64,000 nucleotides of DNA from Octopus vulgaris (GCA_951406725.2 OX597815.1:151900001-151964000); one strand, 5' to 3'. Counted from the stretch's first letter, positions 26,261 to 40,219 are shown. The notes: generated from the letters alone by a model not told the origin. Numbers and translations are program-made.

Positions 26261-28148
26261 CTGTAAAAGAAACAAAACATGTCTTGGAGAATCCATTAAA
26301 AAAAGCACATCACACAGTTTGATTCTCTCTAGTCATGTTATTCATAGCTCATATTCTACCTTGACAATACAGTTCTCTTACATAAGTCATATCTAGTTCC
26401 ATTACATGACTTTTTGTTCCGAGGTCCTATTCCTTCAATCAAAATTCATAATCTATGCAGCTTTTATTCACAGCTATATTTTACTTTATTCTATCTGAAG
26501 TTCAATATTTCACGTTATCCCAAAGAACATTCTTAAAAGTACAAGTTAAATTTATTTAGGTCTATTACAAATTTCAACAAGTAAAACTCGCAGATATGAA
26601 TAAAAGAGCACTTTTATAATCCAGGCAACTTTCAAAGACAAACACAGCACACTTTTCACTTCCTGAAATCATCAATCAGTTCAGAATAATCAAGCCGAAA
26701 GCTAAGTTTGTGTTCAATAGATATCATAGACAATCCACAAAGTCTGGTACACGTTTGTGGTTCAATATAGAACTTTTGCAGGTACAATGTATTACCATTT
26801 TATTTGTTGAAAATTTCAGTTAACATAGTTTAATTCTTGTTCAACATCTTAACCAAAGTAAATAGATGATGACTAATCTATGCACTTTGATCTCACCGTG
26901 GAGGCCCCCTGCGACCGTAGGGGTTGCAGGGGCTTAGCGACGGCCCTGGTCATCTCTTCCCGTATTCTCAAAATAAAATAATATTTTCAACAGAAACAGA
27001 AATGAAATAATTTTACCTGCAGCAAAAGTGTTTCTAAAAGCTTTTTTCAGCCTAACGGAACTTTATAAGTGAACAGCTCCATAAATGGGGTGGCATCGAG
27101 ACGACTTCAATGTAAAGTTTCATCAAGCCCACACTTCATCAACACTCACATTTTAGTTGGCAAACTGTTTTTAGACTCCAATTCTAGCCCTAAATATCTA
27201 CTATTACTACTACTACTATTAATTTTTCCGACAACAATGCCATTCTGTACTGCACCACCAATTTTCAACCTGTTTGTGCCTCTCTCTGCCCGGTAAAATG
27301 TTAACATTTACTTTTTCTTTTCCTACTTCCATGATTTTTATTTTCTTACAGTTGAGTTAGAGGTCATGTACATCTGATACCTTCTTGACTTTGTTTATCA
27401 TTTCTTGTTGTCTGGCAAAGGAGACTGGTAGAATCAGTATTAGGCTTAAGAAAAACTAAGTTCTGAGGATGATTCATTTAACTAAAGATTTTCAAGATGA
27501 TGCTCCAGCATGGCCACAGTCTAATGACTAAAATGAGTAAGATATAAAAGGTGTATATACATATATATAAATATATATATACACACATATATATATATAT
27601 ATATATATGTATGTATATTATATATATAGGTGCATTACCAACCACATGGTTCCGGGTTCAGTCCCACTGCATGGCACCTTGGGGAAGTGTCTTCTACTAT
27701 AGCCTCAGGCTGATCAAAGCACCCACTACACTCTCAGAGTGGTTGGCATTAGGAAGGGCATCCAGCTGTAGAAACTTTGCCAGATCAGATTGAGCCTGGT
27801 GCAGCCTCTGGCTCACCAGTCCTCAGTCAAATCGTCCAACCCATGCCGGCATAGAAAGTGGACGTTAAACGATGATGATGATGATATGTATGTGTGTATA
27901 TGTTTATGTGTTTGTGTTTGTCCTCACAACATTGCTTGACAAATGATGCTGGTGTATTTACGTCCCCGTAACTTAGCGGTTCGGCAAAAGAACTGATATA
28001 ATAAGTACTAAACTTACAAAGAATAAGTCCTGTCGTCGATTTGCTTGACTAAAGGCAGTGCTCCAGCATGGTCGCAGTCAGATGACTGAAACAAGGAAAA
28101 GAATATATATATATACATACATATATATATATATATATAAATATATAT

Positions 28149-28278
<130 letters not shown>

Positions 28279-28384
28279 ATATATATATACATATATATAT
28301 ACATATATATATATAAATATATATATATACATATATATATATATACATATATACATATATACATATATATATATACATATATAC

Positions 28385-28463
<79 letters not shown>

Positions 28464-28464
28464 T

Positions 28465-29515
28465 ACGTGGCACATAAAAACACCATCCGAAGACCCGGCG
28501 ACGTAGTCAGTCCACCTGTGCATACCTTCCCTCTTATGACACTTGTGAAGACCTGTTGAGGCAAGTGTGTGATACTTGTGAAGACCTGTTGAGGCAGAGG
28601 CAAGTGTGTGACACTTTGTGAAGACCTGTTGAGGCAGAGGCAAGTGTGTGACACTTGTGGAGACCTGTTGAGGCAAGTGTGTGACACGTGTGACACTTGT
28701 GAAGACCTGTTGAGGCAAGTGAAAATCAAACCAAATCAAAATAGATGAACATCAATGGAATTTGTATCTTTGTGGTTCCAGTACCGGTGGCACACAAGAA
28801 AACCATCCGATCGTGGCCGTTCGCCAGCCTCATCTGGCACCTGTGTCGGTGGCACATAAAAACACCATCCGAAGACCCGGCGACGTAGTCAGTCCACCTG
28901 TGCATACCTTCCTACTTATGACACTTGTGAAGACCTGTTGAGGCAAGTGTGTGACACTTGTGTAGACCTGTTGAGGCAAGTGAAAATCAAAATCAAAATC
29001 AAATCAAATCAAATCAAACCAAATCAAAATAGATGAACATCAATGGAATTTGTATCTTTGTGGTACCAGTACCGGTGGCACACAAGAAAACCATCCGAAC
29101 GTGGCCGTAGCCAGTACCGCATCGACTGGCCTCTGTGATGTGGGCACATAACAAACACCATCCGATCGTGGCCGTCCGCCAGCCTCGTCTGGCACCTGTG
29201 TCGGTGGCACATAAAAACACCAACCGAAGACCCGGCAAGACTAGTCAGGCCATAACCCATGGCCCCTACTTGGGATGTAGTCAGTCCACCTGTGCATACC
29301 TTCCTTCTTTCTTGTGACACTTGTGAAGACCTGTTGAGGCAAGTGAAAATCAAATCAAATCAAATCAAAATAGATGAACATCAATGGAATTTGTATCTTG
29401 TGGTACCAGTGCTGGTGGCACACAAGAAAACCATCCGAACGTGGCCGTAGCCAGTACCGCATCGACTGGCCTCCGTGCTGTGGGCACGCAACAAACACCA
29501 TCCGATCGTGGCCGT
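28465..29515 (+). repeat. Tandemly re-duplicated RTE 3'-UTR fragments between (TA)n tracts
   Basis: Repeated modules GACACTTGTGAAGACCTGTTGAGGCAAGTG, (CAAAT)n and GGTGGCACA..AAAACCATCCG. Confidence 0.75.
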
Positions 29516-29572
<57 letters not shown>

Positions 29573-29573
<1 letters not shown>

Positions 29574-29960
29574 GTATATAAGAAAAAGGGGACAGGCAAA
29601 CAGGTTGCTTGACCGCATACCGAAAAAATAGAAATAGCAGTCAAGAATGCTTATTTCTATCAAAGTTGGACTCCGGGCACGACAAACCCTGTAATTCACA
29701 TATGCAAAACAGAAGGAATAGATAACGAAAACGAAGTCTGGCGGTTATCTGTGAACATCATGTTTCTGGCATGATGTTCACAGATAACCGCCAGACTTCG
29801 TATTCGTTATCTATTCCTTCTGTTTTGCATATGTGAATTACAGGGTCTGTCATGCCCGGAGTCCAACTTTGATAGAAATAAGCATTCTTGACTGCTATTT
29901 CTATTTTTTCGGTATCTTGATCAAGCAACCTGTTTTGCCTGTCCCTTTTTCTTATATACA
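29573..29960. repeat. Foldback inverted repeat (~190-bp arms) with a third copy at about 30385-30710
   Basis: 29573-29762 is the near-perfect reverse complement of 29770-29960. 29770-30090 is repeated directly at 30392-30710. Confidence 0.9.
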
Positions 29961-30706
29961 ATATATATACTGAACTTTACAGAAGTTCCTGCCGGTAATC
30001 GGCTATATTTACATACCCGAATTCTACCAGTAAATAATTGGGGTTTTTTTTAAAAGCCTTTATAGAAATTATTTACTCTTATCATAATATTACTATTTGG
30101 ATTTTTCACTCCCTTTGACAACCTATTTTTGTAATGCGCATGGCAGAATTTTGGAGGGAAGATTTATGAATTCAAACGTCTATGTAGATTTAGCCTTTGC
30201 TCACTTTCTTCAAATATTTTGATGTCGCATGGTCAGAAGGTTTGAGGTACGTAGCACATTTGATAAATCTATGATAAATCTTTTTCAATGGAAAGCTGTG
30301 CTGAAGAAGGATGTGAAATATATATGCAATATATATGAAATATATTTCTAAAATATATGGAATATATATTCAATATGTTTATAATCCAGAAACATGATGT
30401 TCACAGATAACCGCCAGACTTCGTATTCGTTATCTATTCCTTCTGTTTTGCATATGTGAATTACAGGGTCTGTCATGCCCGGAGTCCAACTTTGATAGAA
30501 ATAAGCATTCTTGACTGCTATTTCTATTTTTTCGGTATGCGGTCAAGCAACCTGTTTTGCCTGTCCCTTTTTCTTATATACAATATATATACTGAACTTT
30601 ACAGAAGTTCCTGCCGGTAATCGGCTATATTTACATACCGAATTCTACCAGTAAATAATTGGGGTTTTTTTAAAAGCCTTTATAGAAATTATTTACTCTT
30701 ATCATA

Positions 30707-30739
<33 letters not shown>

Positions 30740-30782
30740 CCTCTCTCTTTCCCTGTCTGTCTTGATAGACAATGGGTTGCGC

Positions 30783-30882
30783 NNNNNNNNNNNNNNNNNN
30801 NNNNNNNNNNNNNNNNNNNNNNNNNNNNNNNNNNNNNNNNNNNNNNNNNNNNNNNNNNNNNNNNNNNNNNNNNNNNNNNNNN
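30783..30882. other. Assembly gap (100 N)
   Basis: Run of N characters. Confidence 1.
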
Positions 30883-31990
30883 AAAATTCGAAGCCAATAT
30901 TACTGAAATCACAAAAAGTATCTACAAAGTTTAGTACAGTTGGTAATATGGATAACTTAGAATACAATGAAGTTAATATTGACCAAAAAGGGAAATATGT
31001 TATTATGTTGGCGTAAACAGGTAAGTTAATAGCAATATTTCTGCTTCGTTTTACAGGTGAGTTAATGACAATATTTTTTTTTTTTTAATCTTTACTAGGT
31101 TTACTGATAGTTTATTAATGTTGTTGTTCTGTAGCCAGATATCTTTCGTAATCTGGCAGACTTATGATAAAAAGTGTCCCAAGTGTGTCCATCCTGTCTT
31201 TTTTCACTTACTGTGAATCAGTAAATATATTAAACATATCTTAATATCAAAGTATCAAACTTTGGTTTGCTCTAAGGTAAGCATTCTCTTTCTGTCTTCA
31301 AGATTAGATACAGGCTGCATAATGCAAAATAATAAATACAAAATAATAAATGATAGTGTCATTAACATTCATCATCTGCTTCCATGCTCCCATTGATTAG
31401 ATGCGTCATCAATGTCCAAGTCAGTTCTTATTCAGAATTAACATCCACTTTGACTGCTTGAGGTACAAACACATCTCACTTAAACACTCTGGATTTTAGA
31501 TGACAAGATACCCTTCATAACACCAACCATTTTATAAACAATCTTGTGTATGTTTTATTGTAACACAGGCACTAATAAGATTGTCATCATCATCACCATT
31601 TAACGTCCATTGTCCATGCTGGCATGGGTTGGACAGTTTGACCAGAGCTGGCAAGCTGAGAGGCAGTACCAGACTCCAATGTCCACAATTAGATTGAAGG
31701 TTCCACTCAAAATTACGCTTGCCTCCTCTCATTCACCAATCACTTACAAATGTGTACTGGGGCCATTTTCTCATAGTGCTAGCATGCTGTATCGTGGGCC
31801 AAACAAATTTTCAACTTCTTGCCTAATGTGATCCTGGAGCAATCTCTTAACTCTTACACTATTTCAATATTACTTGTCAAAAGTGAAACAGTAAGATCTC
31901 TATTGTAATGTGAGTTAATACTTTCACTGAGATATATTTATGTATGTATATGTATGTATATATATGCATATATATGTGTGCATGTATATG
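30883..31990 (+). repeat. ~1.1-kb near-identical direct duplicate of 34221-35320
   Basis: Base-by-base match with only a few substitutions and indels. Confidence 0.92.
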
Positions 31991-32441
31991 TATTTTTACA
32001 TTTATATGCATACATACCAGATCAAATTTGAGCCTGGTGCAGCCTTCAGGCATGCCAGCCCTGTCAGACCTCAGCATCGAAAGCAGATATTAAACGACGA
32101 TGATGATGATGATGACAATGATGATGATTTTCTCATAGTGCTAGCACTTGTCAGGTTGTCTTGCATCTCATAATATTATACAATTCTCATTGCTCTCTGA
32201 TGTGGTTTTACAATCATGAAGACATTTTGAATAATTGAGAACTTTAAGTGATAACGGAAGAATAATGAGGATGCAGGGACTGAAAGTTACAAGAAAATGA
32301 GGATAAGAACAATGATGTGAAAGAGAGGTGGAGAATGACATGACCGAATGGTTGAAGCTAAGATAAATATTATTTGTGAGATGATTAATGATTTACTAAC
32401 ATCTTGAGAATCCAATAATCAAAGATAGTGTTACTTATTAG

Positions 32442-32528
32442 AACATCAATGCCAGCCCTCAGTCAATCCTGATGATGATAATGAAGAAGATGATGATAAT
32501 TATGATGAAATTGGTGATGTTGATAATA
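32442..32528 (+). CDS. Candidate acidic linker exon of the Death-domain gene, phase 1-1
   Basis: ttacttattag|AA ... A|gtgagt; 87 nt encoding HQCQPSVNPDDDNEEDDDNYDEIGDVDN. It is phase-compatible with the 41824 exon, and its downstream intron start resembles those of the DD exons. Confidence 0.5.
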
Positions 32529-33124
32529 GTGAGTATAAAACTGAAGTACCAAATTGATTTCTATAAGTTTTCCCTTGAGGACTGACATTGGTCAGTTCTT
32601 CTTGCGTTCCATAAAATTAGACAGTTGTTACTGCTTTTATGATGTTGTTTTTCCATTCAAGGTGATACATTGAGAAATATTGACAGAAGAATAATGAGGA
32701 TGCAGGGAGTGAAAGTTGTGAGAAAACAAGGATAAGAATGGTGATTTGAAAGAGAGGAGGAGAATGACAAGACTGAGTGACTGTCAGTTGTAAGCCTTCA
32801 GAGATGATTAATGATGTTATTAACATCTTGGGAAACTGATTATTAAAGTCAAAAGTACTTATAAGAACATCATTTTCAGCTTTCTAATCTAGGAGATTCA
32901 ATAACAAATCGCAAATGAAAATGTTTTCAACTGGTAAAAATTGTTAAAGATAATTTCATTTGTTTAAAAAATTGTCCTCCAGAAGTTCTTTTTGATTTAT
33001 CATTACATGAAGATGTCTGATTTTTCAGTTGACTGGTGTTTGATATGAGATATCATCTCTCACAGGTGTATCTTCCCAGGATGTCTCAAGTTAGAATATG
33101 TATTATAGTCTATACACACATATA

Positions 33125-33400
33125 TATATATACAACTGAGGATGCATGTATGGGTGCGTGTAAATGTGTGCGTGTCTGTCTGTCTAAAACTCGAGAACTC
33201 CCCATCTGATTTCATTCAAATATCTCACATGCCTTACTTAAGGTCCATGCAGTATCATGGGCCAAACAAATTTTCAACTTCTTGCCTAATGTGATCCTGG
33301 AGTAATCTCTTATCTCTTACATTATTTCAGTATTACTTGTCAAAAGTGAAACAAGAAAATTGCTATTGTAATGTGAGTTAATACATTCACTGTGATATAT
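33125..33400 (+). mobile_element. Non-autonomous Helitron-related fragment (related copies at about 31760-31940 and 35090-35280)
   Basis: Similar to the 5' end of the 16669 Helitron (AAAACTCGAGAACT...TTTCATTCAAA...AAAAGTGAAACA). Confidence 0.6.
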
Positions 33401-33939
33401 TTATGTATGTATATGTATATATATGCATATATATGTATGCATGTATATGTATGTTTACATATATATGCATACATATCAGATCAGATTGTAGCCTGTTGCA
33501 GCCTTCTCCTTGTCAGACTGTCCAATCCATGCCAGCATGGAAAGCAGATATTAAACGAAAGACATCATCATAAATAACAACTCTACTGTGTGTATGTGCA
33601 TGTATGTGTGCATGTATGTGTGCATGAGTGTGTGTGTGCGTGTATGTGTGCATGTGCGTGTGTGGGGGATGAGGGTAAAATATACATGTACTCATACTTT
33701 GAGTTATTTCTTTCCTGTTTGCACCAACGTACCTGTGTGTGTGTGTTTGTGTGTGTGAATGAGTGTATGTTTGTATGTATGTATGTATCTATGTATGTAT
33801 GTATGTATGCATGCAGATTTGTGTGTTTTGTTTTATGTATGCATTTTCATACATATTAGTCACATATTTAGACATGCTCATATAAATTTAAACAATAATC
33901 CTCTGGAAAGTTTTATAGATTTTAACAGTTCCAGTGGAT

Positions 33940-34050
33940 CTATAGTTTTTGAATCAGTTTTCTCCTTTCTGGTTTTGAGAAGCCCAATTTCTCAAGATTG
34001 GTATTTATGCAGTGTGTTACATATCCCAGTGCCCCAATAATTACAGGTAT
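33940..34050 (-). mobile_element. Short relic of an RLE-type non-LTR element C-terminus
   Basis: IPVIIGALG motif, typical of the restriction-like-endonuclease C-terminus of R4/NeSL-type elements. Confidence 0.4.
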
Positions 34051-34189
34051 ATACATGTGTGTATGTATGTGTGGGTGTGTTTGTGGGGGGGGGGGTGAAT
34101 GGGTGGTGTGTGTGTGTGTGTCTATAAGCAGGTACAAATATGTATCTCTATGAGCATATATTTCTATGAGGTCGATGAAAATGACTTAC

Positions 34190-34258
34190 CCACTGGCCTG
34201 AAATTGCTGGTTTTGTGCCAAAATTCGAAGCCAATATTACTGAAATCACAAAAAGTAT
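34190..34258 (-). CDS. Candidate upstream adhesion GPCR exon, phase 1-1
   Basis: aaactttgtag|AT ... G|gtaagt; 69 nt encoding TFCDFSNIGFEFWHKTSNFRPV, joining the 26260 exon in frame. Caveat: its acceptor region also resembles non-coding sequence at 44120-44180. Confidence 0.5.
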
Positions 34259-35370
34259 CTACAAAGTTTAGTACAGTTGGTAATATAGATAACTTAGAAT
34301 ACAATGAAGTTAATATTGACCAAAAAGGGAAATATGTTATTATGTTGGCGTAAACAGGTAAGTTAATAGCAATATTTCTGCTTCGTTTTACAGGTGAGTT
34401 AATGACAATATTTTTTTTTTTTTTAATCTTTACTAGGTTTACTGATAGTTTATTAATGTTGTTGTTCTGTAGCCAGATATCTTTCGTAATCTGGCAGACT
34501 TATGATAAAAAGTGTCCCAAGTGTGTCCATCCTGTCTTTTTTCACTTACTGTGAATCAGTAAATATATTAAACATATCTTAATATCAAAGTATCAAACTT
34601 TGGTTTGCTCCTAAGGTAAGCATTCTCTTTCTGTCTTCAAGATTAGATACAGGCTGCATAATGCAAAATAATAAATACAAAATAATAAATGATAGTGTCA
34701 TTAACATTCATCATCTGCTTCCATGCTCCCATTGATTAGATGCGTCATCAATGTCCAAGTCAGTTCTTATTCAGAATTAACATCCACTTTGACTGCTTGA
34801 GGTACAAACACATCTCACTTAAACACTCTGGATTTTAGATGACAAGATACCCTTCATAACACCAACCATTTTATAAACAATCTTGTGTATGTTTTATTGT
34901 AACACAAGCACTAATAAGATTGTCATCATCATCACCATTTAACGTCCATTGTCCATGCTGGCATGGGTTGGACAGTTTGACCAGAGCTGGCAAGCTGAGA
35001 GGCAGTACCAGACTCCAATGTCCACAATTAGATTGAAGGTTCCACTCAAAATTACGCTGCCTCCTCTCATTCACCAATCACTTACAAATGTGTACTGGGG
35101 CCATTTTCTCATAGTGCTAGCATGCTGTATCGTGGTCCAAACAAATTTTCAACTTCTTGCCTAATGTGATCCTGGAGCAATCTCTTAACTCTTACACTAT
35201 TTCAATATTACTTGTCAAAAGTGAAACAGTAAGATCTCTATTGTAATGTGTGTTAATACTTTCACTGTGATATATTTATGTATGTATATGTATGTATATA
35301 TATGCATATATATGTGTGCATTTATATATATATATGTATATATATATATGTATATATACATATATATATA

Positions 35371-38300
35371 CTTTGATACTTTGATAGGTTTCGGCCATTA
35401 TTAGCCCAGGCCATGTCTAACTTAATAGCACCACCTGGTGAAGTCTTTCAAGTCAGAATTTGGGCACTATGGCCCACTCAAGTAGAGAGTTATTGTTTAC
35501 AGAGACATATCCGGGTGTAGGGGGTTTATCCGGGATTTCTTGAAGGAATCTGTCCAAAGACTTCTTGAACCCTATAGGGTCAGTTTCTGTTTTAATGTGT
35601 TTTGGTGTAATGTTAAAGAGAGCGGGGCCAATTGAGGTGAAATAATTGTGCCGTATTGTTGTTATGAGATGAGAGTGCGATTTTTGTTTTGGGCGGATGG
35701 CACGGGGCCCAAGCCTTGGATATACCTTAAAGGTGATGCCAACATCATTTGGGCAATGCTGATGGAATATTTTCCACATCATGCAGATGATGTAGTGCTC
35801 ACGACGACGTTGGAGAGAATAGAGTTTTAGCTTTTCTAGTCGACCCCAATAGTCGAGGCCTGTCATGCCATCTATCTTTTTTGTGATTGCCCTTTGAGGT
35901 GCTTCAACTTTTATGATACCTTGTATTGTGTGGGGAGACCACAGTGGACAACAGTATTCAAGGTGGGGTCGGGCAAAAGTGGAGAAGAGAAGGATAATGG
36001 TGTGGATATCTCTCGACTGGAAAGTTCTGAGAATCCAGGAACACATTCTGCGGGCCATGTCAACTTTGGTGTTTATCAGCCTGTATCAGCCTGTATGAGT
36101 GGCCCAGCTTATGTTGTTGTCCACAATTACTCCCAAGTCTCTGATGTTGTTGGACGCCGCGAGAGTTTCACCTGAAGGAAGGGAGTATGGGAGTTTCAGG
36201 GCATCCTCTTTTCCAAAGTGGATTAGCTCAAATTTATCCTCGTTCAGCAGCATATTGTTTTTTTCTGCCCATTGGATAACAGCCAGTAGATCTGACTGAA
36301 GGCATGTCCGGTCACTCGCCTCATTTATGACCTTCTGTAGCTTGGAGTCATCTGCAAAGATTTTTATGTTGCTGTGCTTGATGATGTCATTAATGTCATT
36401 AATGTAAATGATGAAAAGAAGTGGGCCCAGCACAGTGCCTTGCGGAACGCCACTACTGACTTTGGCTGGGCTTGATTTTACCCCTTCAACTACAACATGT
36501 TGAGATCTGTCTGTCAGGAAACACTTGATCCATTTCAGTAACTTTCCAGAGACACCAATGTTGGATAGTTTTTTCAATAGGATCTTGTGATCGACCCTGT
36601 CGAAGGCCTTACTGAAATCAAGGTAGATGACATCGGTGTTGGAGCCCTCTCCCAAAGCTCTCAAAATGTCCTCAAAGTGATGCAGGAGCTGCGTTAGGCA
36701 GTCCCTTCCATTACGGAACCCATGTTTGTTGGAGATCAGCCATCTGTTGCTTTCCAGAAATTGGGTTATTCGAGATCTCACCACCCTCTCAAATACCTTG
36801 ATGATATGAGAGGTGAGTGAGATCGGACGGTAATTCACTGCAAGGGACTTGTTTCCCTTTTTGAAAACTGGGACAACAGACTGGGACAGAAGGTTTTTTG
36901 GAATATAGCCAGCATCCAGTGAGTTTCTCCACAGATTAGCAAGGGGAGATGCAAGTTGGTGTCGACACACCTTCAGGACACAAGCAGGGAACCTATCGGG
37001 GCCTACTGCTGAATTGTGTTTTATTTCGTTTATCGCCGCTAAGACATCAGGGGCACTAAACGTTATGTCCGATATAGTGTGTTGGGGGTTGACATCACTG
37101 ATACAGCCCAGATCGGCCATATCAGGATTGCTGAAAACAGAGCAGTATTGTTTCTGCAGTATCTCGGCCATGGATTTGGCATTATCTTGGAGAGTGCCAG
37201 TTTCGTCAATTAGAGGGCCTACAGTGGAGACAGTGACCCTGCGTTTCCTCGCAAATGAAAAGAACACTTTGGGGTTGAGTTTGATTTTTTCAATGGCCCA
37301 CTTCTCCTCAGCTGATCTTTGGTTATTGATGAGGGTCTTCATGCATTGTTGGAGGTTATATTTTTTGGATTCAAGCAGTGCGATAGCCGTCGAATGTGTG
37401 TGTTGCTGTTGGCAGTACTTTAGTTTGTTAATTTTTTTGTTTGTTCTTTTTATTTTTCTGATAATGGCTTTTCTGTTTTGGGGGATTCTGCACTTTTTGT
37501 TCACAGGTCTTGGTGGGGAGTGTTTTGCACATATGTCTGTGACGGTGTCTACAAAGATCTGCCAAGATGTTTTATGGTTGGTGGAGATGTGTGTATGTGT
37601 AAAGGACCAGTCAACATGTGATAGCTCGTTCCTGATTGCATCCCAGTTGGCATTATGGAGATCCATGTTGTCAAATGGGTGGGCTGGAGGAAGGTCACTA
37701 GGATTAGCTTTCGGCTGGTGGAATTTCATGTTACAGAGAACCATGTCATGGTCTGAAAGAAGGGTTTTTTCCACTGTAACGTTATGTATAGTGTTAGTGT
37801 GGTTACTAAACACTAGGTCCAAAATGTTCTGATGTCTTGTTGGTGCAAGGACAAGTTGGGACAAGAAAAACTCATTCGTAAAGTCGAAAAGTGACTCTGC
37901 TGCTTCTTTGTCAGCGGTTGAGGCGAGAGTGCTTGGTTTCAAACAGTTTGTAGTCCAGTCAACACAGGGTAGATTGAAGTCTCCCATCATGAGTATGTTG
38001 CTAGAATGGCACTGTTGAATAAAGCACTTAATGCTGTTGAGGCATTCTTTAAAGCACAGTATGGGTGTTTGGGGCGGCCTATAGAGCCCAATTACTGTCA
38101 GGTCATTGGCTTTGTTGTGCACGGTGACTGATTCACAGTAGCCGTTGGAGAATATACTATTTCCATCTGCCGTAAATGAATCATGCAGGAAAATGGCAGT
38201 TCCACCCTTCCTCCTGCCGATACGATCCGCGCGGATGGTTGTGAAATTCTTCACTCTCACTTCGGCTTCCAAGTGGGAGTTGTCAAGGTGGGTCTCAGTG

Positions 38301-39858
38301 AGAATGAAGAAAGGGATGTGGTGTGAATGGTTACCAACCCAGTCTTCAATGAATTGGACCTTCCATTTTTGTGCATTGATGGAAGGGCTGACACCTTGTG
38401 CATTGAGTAGGAATGTGGAGGTTAGTGTAGTGGCTGGTTTTGACTGTTGCAGGGGCTTGGATTTTTTGTGTGTGTTAGTGGCAGCAATGTGGGGAATTGG
38501 TGCACTGGGGTAATAGCATAGGATGGTGTTGAGTGATGGTTAGAATGTTTTTGTGTATCTCTTTTGCCATGTTCAACATGGCTAAAAAAGAATTTTCCTG
38601 CTTAGGGAGCAGTTTTTGGCTGGAGGTGTGGTTGCACTGTTGGATAGGGTTGTAGTTTCCACTTTTGTTGTTGTTGTTTTTGTGTCTTCCTGAAAAGACT
38701 GGACCAGCATTACTGCAGCATGGTGTGTTTCTATTTTTATTTTTATTCAGGTTTGTGTGTTGGCTTGAAGCCCCGTTTCTGTTTGTGCGTCAGGTCCCTG
38801 GAAGATGAGTGAAGGGACAGTCACTCAGCAGACATGTTCTCTCACGTTGGGAATACCGGCAGATTTTGGGACTCCGAGTTGTGTGTATTTTGAATTTTGA
38901 TTTACTATTTGGTGGTGTTGATGTTATTGTGGGATGCGTGCTTTGGCCTTGGCCGGTAGTGCGTCTAGTGCCGGGTAGATGCGTGAAGATGCAGTCACTA
39001 TTTGTGCAGAGTCTCTGGCGCAGTGAATAGCGGCATATTTGGGGATTTCTTGTTTGTGCCGTGGGGGGCGCATTCTGCTTCCTATGTTTCTTTAAGTTTT
39101 TGTTACTGCAGTAGTATTGAGGTGGTGATGTGGGGGAAGAGGGCAGTAGTTTCTTATTTGGTTTTCTGTTGGTATTTTTGGTGATAGAAGACGATGGTGG
39201 CAGCGGTGGTGATGATGATGATGATAATTGTGGTGGTTGCCGTGAGAGCGGTGAAAAGATACTGGCATTTAGTGAATCATCTAGTAAGCTAGAGTTGAGG
39301 AGTGGCTGTTGTTGTTCTTGTTGCTGTGGCTGTTGTTGTTGTTGTTGTGCTTGACCGATGTTAGGGTCAGCCATTGTGCTGGGAACCAGGAGTGGCTCAT
39401 TCTGTTGTTGTTGTTGTTGTGGCTGCTAATTTTCTAGCTGTTGCTGTTCTTGAACTGTGAAAATATGAAGAAGCTTTTCATAATGGCCTTTTGTCAGTTT
39501 GAAAGATACTTCAATATGTTTCAGCTTGCTTCGAATCTGTTTGACGGATCGTGTGTTGACCACTTGTGATGTTTTTTCGGCAATCTCATTCAAACACAAA
39601 ACATTTAGATTTTCTGTTTGGGAAAGAGAGAACCATGTGTTTATTAAAATATCAATTTCGTTATCAGAGCAATTTCGTCTGTTGCAGGCCTGCAAGTTAG
39701 TCATGTTTGTTTTTCTTTTGTTTGTTTTCCTTTTGATTTTTGAAAATATATATATATTCTTTCTTGGGAGTTAAAGAAGTGCATATATATATAAATGTTC
39801 TCTCTTAAGGGTGTGAGTTTTTGATTATTTGGTTGTTTGAGGATATTAAAAGAAAAAC
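35371..39858 (-). mobile_element. Near-full-length CR1-group LINE (ORF1 + APE/RT ORF2)
   Basis: ORF2 at about 38430-35453 has APE motifs (LTETHL, GLYRPP, GDFN, LDLV, SDH) and RT motifs (NYRPISL, LDFSKAFD, PQGTVLGP, FADD). It is broken by a 10-bp tandem duplication at 36074-36093. The 3' end carries 8-bp repeats (TATCAAAG)2, and the element sits in (TA)n. Confidence 0.93.
38790..39704 (-). pseudogene. LINE ORF1: Myb/SANT-like N-terminus, polyQ and two CCCH zinc fingers
   Basis: ORFs 39426-39704 and 38790-39374 are in the same frame, separated by one TAG in a CAG-rich run. Fingers: CRYSLRQRLCTNSDCIFTH and CRYSQRERTCLLSDCPFTH. Confidence 0.7.
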
Positions 39859-39917
39859 TATATATATAACAATTTGTATATACTTATATATATATATATA
39901 TATATATGCTGTGTGTG

Positions 39918-40065
<148 letters not shown>

Positions 40066-40219
40066 TATATATATATATATATATATATATAAGCATATAT
40101 ATGTATATCAGATCAGATTGGAGCCTGGTGCAGCCTTCAGGCTTGCAAGACCTCACATTCAGACCTCAGCATGGAAAGCAGATATTAAACGACAACGACG
40201 ATAAACATGATGATGGTGG

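Noticed and set aside
26895-26950. GC-rich hairpin ending in ACGGCCCTG
   Set aside because: Probably a lone DNA-transposon terminus; no partner end was found.
34099-34360. Plus-strand ORF ending near a strong CAG|GTAAGT donor, with a DD-like MLLCWRKQ in another frame
   Set aside because: It needs a frameshift, has no clear acceptor, and the region resembles non-coding 44120-44380.
37014-37832. 272-aa plus-strand ORF (similarly 52773-53372 and 57501-57920)
   Set aside because: These are antisense shadows of LINE ORFs.
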